Assembly: GCF_009914755.1 (NCBI RefSeq)
Contig: NC_060933.1
Length of the DNA: 64,000 bases
Direction: 5' to 3' (one strand)
Origin: the human T2T-CHM13v2.0 reference genome, Homo sapiens
The notes under the pieces were generated by a model. It worked only from the letters and a program-made list of their open reading frames with translations, was not told the DNA's origin and searched no databases. Made by a program: the position numbers and the translations under genes. This document shows positions 26,104-39,543 of this stretch, in pieces. The first letter of the stretch is position 1, and each line of letters opens with the position of its first letter.

Positions 26104-29100
26104 CATTCTCAGAAACTTCCTTGTGATGTGTGTACTCAAGTAACAGAGTTGAACCTTCCTTTTGACAGAGCAGTTTTGAAGCACTCTTTTTGTAGAATCT
26201 GCAAGTGGATATTTTGATACCTTTGAGGATTTCGTTGGACACGGGATATCTTCATATAAAATCTAGACAGAAGCATTCTCAGAAACTTCTTTGTGCTGTA
26301 TGTCCTCAATTAACAGAGTTGAACCTTTGTGTGGATACAGCATTTTGGAAACATTCCTTTAGTAGAATCTGCAAGTTGATATTTAGATAGCTAGGAAGAT
26401 TTCCTTGGAAACGGGAATATCTTCATATAAAATCTAGACGGAAGCATTCTCAGAAAGTGCTTTGTGATGTTTGCATTCAAGTCACAGAGTTGAATATTCC
26501 CTTTTATAGAGCAGGTTTGAAACACTCTTTCTGCACTACCTGGAAGTGGATATTTGGAGCGCTTTGAGGCCTATGTTGAAAAAGGAAATATCTTCCCATA
26601 AAAACTAGACAGAAGCATTCTCAGAAACTTGTTTGTGATGTGTGTATTCAGCTAACAGAGATGAACCTTTCTTTTTACAGAGCAGTTTTGAAACACTCTT
26701 TTTGTGGAATCTGAAAGTGGATATTTGGATAGCTTTGAGGATTTCGTTGGAAACGGGATTACATATAAAACCTAGAGAGAAGCATTCTCAGGAACTCCTT
26801 TGTGATGTTTGCCTTCGAGTCACAGAACTGAACATTCCCTTTCATAGAGCAGGTTTGAAACACTCTTTCTGTAGTATCTGCAAGCTGACGTTTCAAGCGC
26901 TTTCAGGCCTATGGTGAGAAAGGAAATATCTTCAAGTAAAAACTAGACAGAAGCATTCTCAGAAACTTATTTGCCATGTGTGTTCTCAACTAACAGAGTT
27001 GAACCTTTGTGTGGATACGGCATTTTGGAAACACTCTTTTTGTAGAATCTGCAGGTGGATATTCGGATAGCTTTGAAGGTTTCGTTGGAAACGGGAATAT
27101 CTTCATATAAAATCTAGACGGAAGCATTCTCAGAAACTGCTTTGTGATGTTTTCATTCAAGTCACAGAGTAGAATGTTCCCTGTTATATACCAGGTTTGA
27201 GACACTCTTTCTGCACTACCTGGAAGTGGACGTTTGGAGGGCTTTGAGGCCTATGTTGAAAAAGGAAATATCTTCCCATAAAAACTAGACAGAAGCATTC
27301 TCAGAAACTTGTTTGTGATGTGTGTATTCAACTAACAGAGATGAACCTTTCTTTTTACAGAGCAGTTTTGAAACACTCTTTTTGTGGAATCTGAAAGTGG
27401 ATATTTGGATAGCTTTGAGGATTTCGTTGGAAACGGGATTACATATAAAACCTAGAGAGAAGCATTCTCAGGAACTGCTTTGTGATGTTTGCATTCAAGT
27501 TACAGAACTGAACATTCCCTTTCATAGAGCAGGTTTGAAACACTCTTTCTGTAGTATCTGCAAGCTGACGTTTCAAGCGCTTTCAGGCCTATGGTGAGAA
27601 AGGAAATATCTTCAAGTAAAAACTAGACAGAAGCATTCTCAGAAACTTATTTGCGATGTGTGTTCTCAACTAACAGAGTTGAACCTTTGTTTTGATATGG
27701 CATTTTGGAAACACTGTTTTTGTAGAATCTGCAGGTGGATATTCGGATAGCTTTGAAGGTTTCGTTGGAAACGGGAATATCTTCATATAAAATCTAGACG
27801 GAAGCATTCTCAGAAACTGCTTTGTGATGTTTTCATTCAAGTCACAGAGTAGAATGTTCCCTGTTATATACCAGGTTTGAGACACTCTTTCTGCACTACC
27901 TGGAAGTGGACATTTGCAGCGCTTTGAGGCCTATGATGAAAAAGGAAATATCTTCCCATAAAAACTAGACAGAAGCATTCTCAGAAACTTGTTTGTGATG
28001 TGTGTATTTAACTAACAGAGATGAACCTTTCTTTCTACAGAGCAGTTTTGAAACACTCTTTTTGTGGAATCTGAAAGTGGATATTTGGATAGCTTTGAGG
28101 ATTTCGTTGGAAACGGGATTACATATAAAATCTAGAGAGAAGCATTCTCAGGAACTTCTTTGTGATGTTTGCATTCACGTCACAGAACTGAACATTCCCT
28201 TTCATAGAGCATGTTTGAAACACTCTTTCTGTAGTATCTGCAAACGGACATTTCAAACGCTTTCAGGCCTATGGTGAGAAAGGAAATATCTTCAAATAAA
28301 AACTAGACAGAAGCATTCTCAGAAACTTATTTGCGATGTGTGTCCTCAACTAACAGAGTTGAACCTTTCTTTTGATATAACATTTTGGAAACACTCTTTT
28401 TGTAGAATCTGCAAGTGGATATTTGAATAGCTTTGAAGGTTTCGTTGGAAACGGGAATATCTTCTTATAAAATCAAGACAGAAGCATTCTCAGAAACTTC
28501 TCTGTGATGTTTGCATTCAACTCATAGAGTTGAACACTTCCCTTCATACAGCAGGTTTGAAACACTCTTTTTGTAATATTTGGAAGTGGACATTTGCAGC
28601 GCTTTGAGGCCTATGATGAAAAAGGTAATATCTTCCCATAAAAACTAGACAGAAGCATTCTCAGAAACTTGTTTGAGATGTGTGTATTCAACTAACAGAG
28701 ATGAACCTTTCTTTTTACAGAGCAGTTTTGAAACACTCTTTTTGTGGAATCTGAAAGTGGATATTTGGATAGCTTTGCGGATTTCGTTGGAAACGGGATT
28801 ACATATAAAATCTAGGGAGAAGCATTCTCAGGAACTTCTTTGTGATGTTTGCATTCAAGTCACAGAACTGAACATTCCCTTTCATAGATCAGGTTTGAAA
28901 CACTCTTTCTGTAGTATCTGCAAGCGGACGTTTTAAGCGCTTTCAGGCCTGTGGTGAGAAAGGAAATATCTTCAAATAAAAACTAGACAGAAGCATTCTC
29001 AGAAACTTATTTGCGATGTGTGTCCTCAACTAACAGAGTTGAACCTTTCTTTTGATACAACATTTTGGAAACACTCTTTTTGTAGAATCTGCAAGTGGAT

Positions 29101-29335
29101 ATTTGGATAGCTTTGAAGGTTTCGTTGGAAACGGGAATATCTTCATATGAAATCAAGACAGAAGCATTCTCAGAAACTTCTCTGTGATGTTTGCATTCAA
29201 CTCATAGAGTTGAACACTTCCCTTCATACAGCAGGTTTGAAACACTCTTTTTCTAATATTTGGAAGTGGACATTTGCAGCGCTTTGAGGCCTATGTTGAA
29301 AAAGGAAATATCTTCTCCTAAAAACCAGACAGAAG
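26104..29335 (+). repeat. 19-mer HOR
   Basis: Marker spacing 26205->29437 = 3232. Confidence 0.95.
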
Positions 29336-31887
29336 CATTCTCAGAAACTTCCTTGTGATGTGTGTACTCAAGTAACAGAGTTGAACCTTCCTTTTGACAG
29401 AGCAGTTTTGAAGCACTCTTTTTGTAGAATCTGCAAGTGGATATTTTGATACCTTTGAGGATTTCGTTGGACACGGGATATCTTCATATAAAATCTAGAC
29501 AGAAGCATTCTCAGAAACTTCTTTGTGCTGTATGTCCGCAATTAACAGAGTTGAACCTTTGTGTGGATACAGCATTTTGGAAACATTCCTTTAGTAGAAT
29601 CTGCAAGTTGATATTTAGATAGCTAGGAAGATTTCCTTGGAAACGGGAATATCTTCATATAAAATCTAGACGGAAGCATTCTCAGAAAGTGCTTTGTGAT
29701 GTTTGCATTCAAGTCACAGAGTTGAATATTCCCTTTTATAGAGCAGGTTTGAAACACTCTTTCTGCAATACCTGGAAGTGGACATTTGGAGCGCTTTGAG
29801 GCCTATGTTGAAAAAGGAAATATCTTCCCATAAAAACTAGACAGAAGCATTCTCAGAAACTTGTTTGTGATGTGTGTATTCAACTAACAGAGATGAACCT
29901 TTCTTTTTACAGAGCAGTTTTGAAACACTCTTTTTGTGGAATCTGAAAGTGGATATTTGGATAGCTTTGAGGATTTCGTTGGAAACGTGATTACATATAA
30001 AACCTAGAGAGAAGCATTCTCAGGAACTTCTTTGTGATGTTTGCATTCAAGTCACAGAACTGAACATTCCCTTTCATAGAGCAGGTTTGAAACACTCTTT
30101 CTGTAGTATCTGCAAGCTGACGTTTCAAGCGCTTTCAGGCCTATGGTGAGAAAGGAAATATCTTCAAGTAAAAACTAGACAGAAGCATTCTCAGAAACTT
30201 ATTTGCCATGTGTGTTCTCAACTAACAGAGTTGAACCTTTGTTTTGATACGGCATTTTGGAAACACTCTTTTTGTAGAATCTGCAGGTGGATACTCGGAT
30301 AGATTTGAAGGTTTCGTTGGAAACGGGAATATCTTCATATAAAATCTAGACGGAAGCATTCTCAGAAACTGCTTTGTGATGTTTTCATTCAAGTCACAGA
30401 GTAGAATGTTCCCTGTTATATACCAGGTTTGAGACACTCTTTCTGCACTACCTGGAAGTGGACATTTGCAGCGCTTTGAGGCCTATGATGAAAAAGGAAA
30501 TATCTTCCCATAAAAACTAGACAGAAGCATTCTCAGAAACTTGTTTGTGATGTGTGTATTCAACTAACAGAGATGAACCTTTCTTTTTACAGAGCAGTTT
30601 TGAAACACTCTTTTTGTGGAATCTGAAAGTGGATATTTGGATAGCTTTGAGGATTTCGTTGGAAACGGGATTACATATAAAATCTAGAGAGAAGCATTCT
30701 CAGGAACTTCTTTGTGATGTTTGCATTCACGTCACAGAACTGAACATTCCCTTTCATAGAGCATGTTTGAAACACTCTTTCTGTAGTATCTGCAAACGGA
30801 CATTTCAAACGCTTTCAGGCCTATGGTGAGAAAGGAAATATCTTCAAATAAAAACTAGACAGAAGCATTCTCAGAAACTTATTTGCGATGTGTGTCCTCA
30901 ACTAACAGAGTTGAACCTTTCTTTTGATACAACATTTTGGAAACACTCTTTTTGTAGAATCTGCAAGTGGATATTTGAATAGCTTTGAAGGTTTCGTTGG
31001 AAACGGGAATATCTTCATATAAAATCAAGACAGAAGCATTCTCAGAAACTTCTCTGTGATGTTTGCATTCAACTCATAGAGTTGAACACTTCCCTTCATA
31101 CAGCAGGTTTGAAACACTCTTTTTGTAATATTTGGAAGTGGACATTTGCAGCGCTTTGAGGCCTATGATGAAAAAGGTAATATCTTCCCATAAAAACTAG
31201 ACAGAAGCATTCTCAGAAACTTGTTTGAGTTGTGTGTATTCAACTAACAGAGATGAACCTTTCTTTTTACAGAGCAGTTTTGAAACACTCTTTTTGTGGA
31301 ATCTGAAAGTGGATATTTGGATAGCTTTGCGGATTTCGTTGGAAACGGGATTACATATAATATCTAGGGAGAAGCATTCTCAGGAACTTCTTTGTGATGT
31401 TTGCATTCAAGTCACAGAACTGAACATTCCCTTTCATAGATCAGGTTTGAAACACTCTTTCTGTAGTATCTGCAAGCGGACGTTTTAAGCGCTTTCAGGC
31501 CTGTGGTGAGAAAGGAAATATCTTCAAATAAAAACTAGACAGAAGCATTCTCAGAAACTTATTTGCGATGTGTGTCCTCAACTAACAGAGTTGAACCTTT
31601 CTTTTGATACAACATTTTGGAAACACTCTTTTTGTAGAATCTGCAAGTGGATATTTGGATAGATTTGAAGGTTTCGTTGGAAACGGGAATATCTTCATAT
31701 GAAATCAAGACAGAAGCATTCTCAGAAACTTCTCTGTGATGTTTGCATTCAACTCATAGAGTTGAACACTTCCCTTCATACAGCAGGTTTGAAACACTCT
31801 TTTTCTAATATTTGGAAGTGGACATTTGCAGCGCTTTGAGGCCTACGTTGAAAAAGGAAATATCTTCTCCTAAAAACCAGAAAGAAG
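29336..31887 (+). repeat. 15-mer HOR variant
   Basis: Marker spacing 29437->31989 = 2552. Confidence 0.95.
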
Positions 31888-33759
31888 CATTCTCAGAAAC
31901 TTCCTTGTGATGTGTGTACTCAAGTAACAGAGTTGAACCTTCCTTTTGACAGAGCAGTTTTGAAGCACTCTTTTTGTAGAATCTGCAAGTGGATATTTTG
32001 ATACCTTTGAGGATTTCGTTGGACACGGGATATCTTCATATAAAATCTAGACAGAAGCATTCTCAGAAACTTCTTTGTGCTGTATGTCCTCAATTAACAG
32101 AGTTGAACCTTTGTGTGGATACAGCATTTTGGAAACATTCCTTTAGTAGAATCTGCAAGTTGATATTTAGATAGCTAGGAAGATTTCCTTGGAAACGGGA
32201 ATATCTTCATATAAAATCTAGACGGAAGCATTCTCAGAAAGTGCTTTGTGATGTTTGCATTCAAGTCACAGAGTTGAATATTCCCTTTTATAGAGTAGGT
32301 TTGAAACACTCTTTCTGCACTACCTGGAAGTGGACATTTGGAGCGCTTTGAGGCCTATGTTGAAAAAGGAAATATCTTCCCATAAAAACTAGACAGAAGC
32401 ATTCTCAGAAACTTGTTTGTGATGTGTGTATTCAACTAACAGAGATGAACCTTTCTTTTTACAGAGCAGTTTTGAAACACTCTTTTTGTGGAATCTGAAA
32501 GTGGATATTTGGATAGCTTTGAGGATTTCGTTGGAAACGGGATTACATATAAAACCTAGAGAGAAGCATTCTCAGGAACTTCTTTGTGATGTTTGCCTTC
32601 AAGTCACAGGACTGAACATTCCCTTTCATAGAGCAGGTTTGAAACACTCTTTCTGTAGTATCTGCAAGCTGACGTTTCATGCGCTTTCAGGCCTATGGTG
32701 AGAAAGGAAATATCTTCAAGTAAAAACTAGACAGAAGCATTCTCAGAAACTTATTTGCCATGTGTGTTCTCAACTAACAGAGTTGAACCTTTGTTTTGAT
32801 ACGGCATTTTGGAAACACTCTTTTTGTAGAATCTGCAGGTGGATATTCGGATAGCTTTGAAGGTTTCGTTGGAAACGGGAATATCTTCATATAAAATCTA
32901 GACGGAAGCATTCTCAGAAACTGCTTTGTGATGTTTTCATTCAAGTCACAGTGTAGAATGTTCCCTGTTATATACCAGGTTTGAGACACTCTTTCTGCAC
33001 TACATGGAAGTGGACGTTTGGAGCGCTTTGAGGCCTATGTTGAAAAAGGAAATATCTTCCCATAAAAACTAGACAGAAGCATTCTCAGAAACTTGTTTCT
33101 GATGTGTGTATTCAACTAACAGAGATGAACCTTTCTTTTTACAGAGTAGTTTTGAAACACTCTTTTTGTGGAATCTGAAAGTGGATATTTGGATAGCTTT
33201 GCGGATTTCGTTGGAAACGGGATTACATATAAAATCTAGGGGGAAGCATTCTCAGGAACTTCTTTGTGATGTTTGCATTCAAGTCACAGAACTGAACATT
33301 CCCTTTCATAGAGCAGGTTTGAAACACTCTTTCTGTAGTATCTGCAAGTGGACGTTTCAAGCGCTTTCAGGCCTGTGGTGAAAAAGGAAATATCTTCAAA
33401 TAAAAACTAGACAGAAGCATTCTCAGAAACTTATTTGCGATGTGTGTTCTCAGCTAACAGAGTTCAACCTTTGTTTTGATACAGCATTTTGGAAACACTC
33501 TTTTTGTAGGATCTGCAGGTGGATATTTGGATAGCTTTGAAGGTTTCTTTGGAAACGGGAATATCTTCATATAAAATCAAGACAGAAGCATTCTCAGAAA
33601 CTTCTCTGTTCTGTTTGCATTCAACTCATAGAGTTGAACACTTCCTTTCATAGAGCTGGTTTGAAATACTCTTTTTGTAATATTTGGAAGTGGACATTTG
33701 CAGCGCTTTGAAGCCTATGGTGAAAAAGGAGATATCTTCTCCTAAAAACCAGACAGAAG
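31888..33759 (+). repeat. 11-mer HOR variant with diverged monomers (copy 2)
   Basis: Marker spacing 31989->33861 = 1872. Same private variants as 14025-15896. Confidence 0.93.
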
Positions 33760-36700
33760 CATTCTCAGAATCTTTCTTGTGATGTGTGTACTCAAGTAAC
33801 AGAGTTGAATCTTCATTTTGACAGAGCAGTTTTGAAGCACTCTTTTTGTAGAATCTGCAAGTGGATATTTTGATACCTTTGGGGATTTCGTTAGACACGG
33901 GATATCTTCATATAAAATCTAGACAGAAGCATTCTCAGAAACTTCTTTGTGCTGTATGTCCTCAATTAACAGAGTTGAACCTTTGTGTGGATACAGCATT
34001 TTGGAAACATTCCTTTAGTAGAATCTGCAAGTTGATATTTAGATAGCTAGGAAGATTTCCTTGGAAACGGGAATATCTTCATATAAAATCTAGACGGAAG
34101 CATTCTCAGAAAGTGCTTTGTGATGTTTGCATTCAAGTCACAGAGTTGAATATTCCCTTTTATAGAGCAGGTTTGAAACACTCTTTCTGCACTATCTGGA
34201 AGTGGACATTTGGAGCGCTTTGAGGCCTATGTTGAAAAAGGAAATATCTTCCCATAAAAACTAGACAGAAGCATTCTCAGAAACTTGTTTGTGATGTGTG
34301 TATTCAACTAACAGAGATGAACCTTTCTTTTTACAGAGCAGTTTTGAAACACTCTTTTTGTGGAATCTAAAAGTGGATATTTGGATAGCTTTGAGGATTT
34401 CGTTGGAAACGGGATTACATATAAAACCTAGAGAGAAGCATTCTCAGGAACTTCTTTGTGATGTTTGCATTCAAGTCACAGAACTGAACATTCCCTTTCA
34501 TAGAGCAGGTTTGAAACACTCTTTCTGTAGTATCTGCAAGCTGACGTTTCAAGCGCTTTCAGGCCTATGGTGAGAAAGGAAATATCTTCAAGTAAAAACT
34601 AGACAGAAGCATTCTCAGAAACTTATTTGCCATGTGTGTTCTCAACTAACAGAGTTGAACCTTTGTTTTGATACGGCATTTTGGAAACACTCTTTTTGTA
34701 GAATCTGCAGGTGGATATTCGGATAGCTTTGAAGGTTTCGTTGGAAACGGGAATATCTTCATATAAAATCTAGACGGAAGCATTCTCAGAAACTGCTTTG
34801 TGATGTTTTCATTCAAGTCACAGAGTAGAATGTTCCCTGTTATATACCAGGTTTGAGACACTCTTTCTGAACTACCTGGAAGTGGACGTTTGGAGCGCTT
34901 TGAGGCCTATGTTGAAAAAGGAAATATCTTCCCATAAAAACTAGACAGAAGCATTCTCAGAAACTTGTTTGTGATGTGTGTATTCAACTAACAGAGATGA
35001 ACCTTTCTTTTTACAGAGCAGTTTTGAAACACTCTTTTTGTGGAATCTGAAAGTGGATATTTGGATAGCTTTGAGGATTTCGTTGGAAACGGGATTACAT
35101 ATAAAACCTAGAGAGAAGCATTCTCAGGAACTTCTTTGTGATGTTTGCATTCAAGTCACAGAACTGAACATTCCCTTTCATAGAGCAGGTTTGAAACACT
35201 CTTTCTGTAGTATCTGCAAGCTGACGTTTCAAGCGCTTTCAGGCCTATGGTGAGAAAGGAAATATCTTCAAGTAAAAACTAGACAGAAGCATTCTCAGAA
35301 ACTTATTTGCGATGTGTGTTCTCAACTAACAGAGTTGAACCTTTGTTTTGATATGGCATTTTGGAAACACTCTTTTTGTAGAATCTGCAGGTGGATATTC
35401 GGATAGCTTTGAAGGTTTCGTTGGAAACGGGAATATCTTCATATAAAATCTAGACGGAAGCATTCTCAGAAACTGCTTTGTGATGTTTTCATTCAAGTCA
35501 CAGAGTAGAATGTTCCCTGTTATATACCAGGTTTGAGACACTCTTTCTGCACTACCTGGAAGTGGACATTTGCAGCGCTTTGAGGCCTATGATGAAAAAG
35601 GAAATATCTTCCCATAAAAACTAGACAGAAGCATTCTCAGAAACTTGTTTGTGATGTGTGTATTTAACTAACAGAGATGAACCTTTCTTTCTACAGAGCA
35701 GTTTTGAAACACTCTTTTTGTGGAATCTGAAAGTGGATATTTGGATAGCTTTGAGGATTTCGTTGGAAACGGGATTACATATAAAATCTAGAGAGAAGCA
35801 TTCTCAGGAACTTCTTTGTGATGTTTGCATTCACGTCACAGAACTGAACATTCCCTTTCATAGAGCATGTTTGAAACACTCTTTCTGTAGTATCTGCAAA
35901 CGGACATTTCAAACGCTTTCAGGCCTATGGTGAGAAAGGAAATATCTTCAAATAAAAACTAGACAGAAGCATTCTCAGAAACTTATTTGCGATGTGTGTC
36001 CTCAACTAACAGAGTTGAACCTTTCTTTTGATATAACATTTTGGAAACACTCTTTTTGTAGAATCTGCAAGTGGATATTTGAATAGCTTTGAAGGTTTCG
36101 TTGGAAACGGGAATATCTTCTTATAAAATCAAGACAGAAGCATTCTCAGAAACTTCTCTGTGATGTTTGCATTCAACTCATAGAGTTGAACACTTCCCTT
36201 CATACAGCAGGTTTGAAACACTCTTTTTGTAATATTTGGAAGTGGACATTTGCAGCGCTTTGAGGCCTATGATGAAAAAGGTAATATCTTCCCATAAAAA
36301 CTAGACAGAAGCATTCTCAGAAACTTGTTTGAGATGTGTGTATTCAACTAACAGAGATGAACCTTTCTTTTTACAGAGCAGTTTTGAAACACTCTTTTTG
36401 TGGAATCTGAAAGTGGATGTTTGGATAGCTTTGCGGATTTCGTTGGAAACGGGATTACATATAAAATCTAGGGAGAAGCATTCTCAGGAACTTCTTTGTG
36501 ATGTTTGCATTCAAGTCACAGAACTGAACATTCCCTTTCATAGATCAGGTTTGAAACACTCTTTCTGTAGTATCTGCAAGCGGACGTTTTAAGCGCTTTC
36601 AGGCCTGTGGTGAGAAAGGAAATATCTTCAAATAAAAACTAGACAGAAGCATTCTCAGAAACTTATTTGCGATGTGTGTCCTCAACTAACAGAGTTGAAC

Positions 36701-36991
36701 CTTTCTTTTGATACAACATTTTGGAAACACTCTTTTTGTAGAATCTGCAAGTGGATATTTGGATAGCTTTGAAGGTTTCGTTGGAAACGGGAATATCTTC
36801 ATATGAAATCAAGACAGAAGCATTCTCAGAAACTTCTCTGTGATGTTTGCATTCAACTCATAGAGTTGAACACTTCCCTTCATACAGCAGGTTTGAAACA
36901 CTCTTTTTCTAATATTTGGAAGTGCACATTTGCAGCGCTTTGAGGCCTATGTTGAAAAAGGAAATATCTTCTCCTAAAAACCAGACAGAAG
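33760..36991 (+). repeat. 19-mer HOR
   Basis: Marker spacing 33861->37093 = 3232. Confidence 0.95.
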
Positions 36992-39543
36992 CATTCTCAG
37001 AAACTTCCTTGTGATGTGTGTACTCAAGTAACAGAGTTGAACCTTCCTTTTGACAGAGCAGTTTTGAAGCACTCTTTTTGTAGAATCTGCAAGTGGATAT
37101 TTTGATACCTTTGAGGATTTCGTTGGACACGGGATATCTTCATATAAAATCCAGACAGAAGCATTCTCAGAAACTTCTTTGTGCTGTATGTCCGCAATTA
37201 ACAGAGTTGAACCTTTGTGTGGATACAGCATTTTGGAAACATTCCTTTAGTAGAATCTGCAAGTTGATATTTAGATAGCTAGGAAGATTTCCTTGGAAAC
37301 GGGAATATCTTCATATAAAATCTAGACGGAAGCATTCTCAGAAAGTGCTTTGTGATGTTTGCATTCAAGTCACAGAGTTGAATATTCCCTTTTATAGAGC
37401 AGGTTTGAAACACTCTTTCTGCACTACCTGGAAGTGGACATTTGGAGCGCTTTGAGGCCTATGTTGAAAAAGGAAATATCTTCCCATAAAAACTAGACAG
37501 AAGCATTCTCAGAAACTTGTTTGTGATGTGTGTATTCAACTAACAGAGATGAACCTTTCTTTTTACAGAGCAGTTTTGAAACACTCTTTTTGTGGAATCT
37601 GAAAGTGGATATTTGGATAGCTTTGAGGATTTCGTTGGAAACGGGATTACATATAAAACCTAGAGAGAAGCATTCTCAGGAACTTCTTTGTGATGTTTGC
37701 ATTCAAGTCACAGAACTGAACATTCCCTTTCATAGAGCAGGTTTGAAACACTCTTTCTGTAGTATCTGCAAGCTGACGTTTCAAGCGCTTTCAGGCCTAT
37801 GGTGAGAAAGGAAATATCTTCAAGTAAAAACTAGACAGAAGCATTCTCAGAAACTTATTTGCCATGTGTGTTCTCAACTAACAGAGTTGAACCTTTGTTT
37901 TGATACGGCATTTTGGAAACACTCTTTTTGTAGAATCTGCAGGTGGATACTCGGATAGATTTGAAGGTTTCGTTGGAAACGGGAATATCTTCATATAAAA
38001 TCTAGACGGAAGCATTCTCAGAAACTGCTTTGTGATGTTTTCATTCAAGTCACAGAGTAGAATGTTCCCTGTTATATACCAGGTTTGAGACACTCTTTCT
38101 GCACTACCTGGAAGTGGACATTTGCAGCGCTTTGAGGCCTATGATGAAAAAGGAAATATCTTCCCATAAAAACTAGACAGAAGCATTCTCAGAAACTTGT
38201 TTGTGATGTGTGTATTCAACTAACAGAGATGAACCTTTCTTTTTACAGAGCAGTTTTGAAACACTCTTTTTGTGGAATCTGAAAGTGGATATTTGGATAG
38301 CTTTGAGGATTTCGTTGGAAACGGGATTACATATAAAATCTAGAGAGAAGCATTCTCAGGAACTTCTTTGTGATGTTTGCATTCACGTCACAGAACTGAA
38401 CATTCCCTTTCATAGAGCATGTTTGAAACACTCTTTCTGTAGTATCTGCAAACGGACATTTCAAACGCTTTCAGGCCTATGGTGAGAAAGGAAATATCTT
38501 CAAATAAAAACTAGACAGAAGCATTCTCAGAAACTTATTTGCGATGTGTGTCCTCAACTAACAGAGTTGAACCTTTCTTTTGATACAACATTTTGGAAAC
38601 ACTCTTTTTGTAGAATCTGCAAGTGGATATTTGAATAGCTTTGAAGGTTTCGTTGGAAACGGGAATATCTTCATATAAAATCAAGACAGAAGCATTCTCA
38701 GAAACTTCTCTGTGATGTTTGCATTCAACTCATAGAGTTGAACACTTCCCTTCATACAGCAGGTTTGAAACACTCTTTTTGTAATATTTGGAAGTGGACA
38801 TTTGCAGCGCTTTGAGGCCTATGATGAAAAAGGTAATATCTTCCCATAAAAACTAGACAGAAGCATTCTCAGAAACTTGTTTGTGATGTGTGTATTCAAC
38901 TAACAGAGATGAACCTTTCTTTTTACAGAGCAGTTTTGAAACACTCTTTTTGTGGAATCTGAAAGTGGATATTTGGATAGCTTTGCGGATTTCGTTGGAA
39001 ACGGGATTACATATAAAATCTAGGGAGAAGCATTCTCAGGAACTTCTTTGTGATGTTTGCATTCAAGTCACAGAACTGAACATTCCCTTTCATAGATCAG
39101 GTTTGAAACACTCTTTCTGTAGTATCTGCAAGCGGACGTTTTAAGCGCTTTCAGGCCTGTGGTGAGAAAGGAAATATCTTCAAATAAAAACTAGACAGAA
39201 GCATTCTCAGAAACTTATTTGCGATGTGTGTCCTCAACTAACAGAGTTGAACCTTTCTTTTGATACAACATTTTGGAAACACTCTTTTTGTAGAATCTGC
39301 AAGTGGATATTTGGATAGCTTTGAAGGTTTCGTTGGAAACGGGAATATCTTCATATGAAATCAAGACAGAAGCATTCTCAGAAACTTCTCTGTGATGTTT
39401 GCATTCAACTCATAGAGTTGAACACTTCCCTTCATACAGCAGGTTTGAAACACTCTTTTTCTAATATTTGGAAGTGGACATTTGCAGCGCTTTGAGGCCT
39501 ACGTTGAAAAAGGAAATATCTTCTCCTAAAAACCAGGAAGAAG
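36992..39543 (+). repeat. 15-mer HOR variant
   Basis: Marker spacing 37093->39645 = 2552. Confidence 0.95.

Larger units (their letters stand above)
450..36175 (+). repeat. Tandem duplication with 17,863-bp period (105 monomers, 7 HORs); ends approximate
   Basis: The same HOR order and private variants recur at offset 17,863: TGTGAAGTTTG (~950/18813), TTCTGAGAAA (~1613/19476), CTATCGTG (~3947/21810), and the 1-bp deletion CAGAACTTCTC (~5529/23392). Confidence 0.93.
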
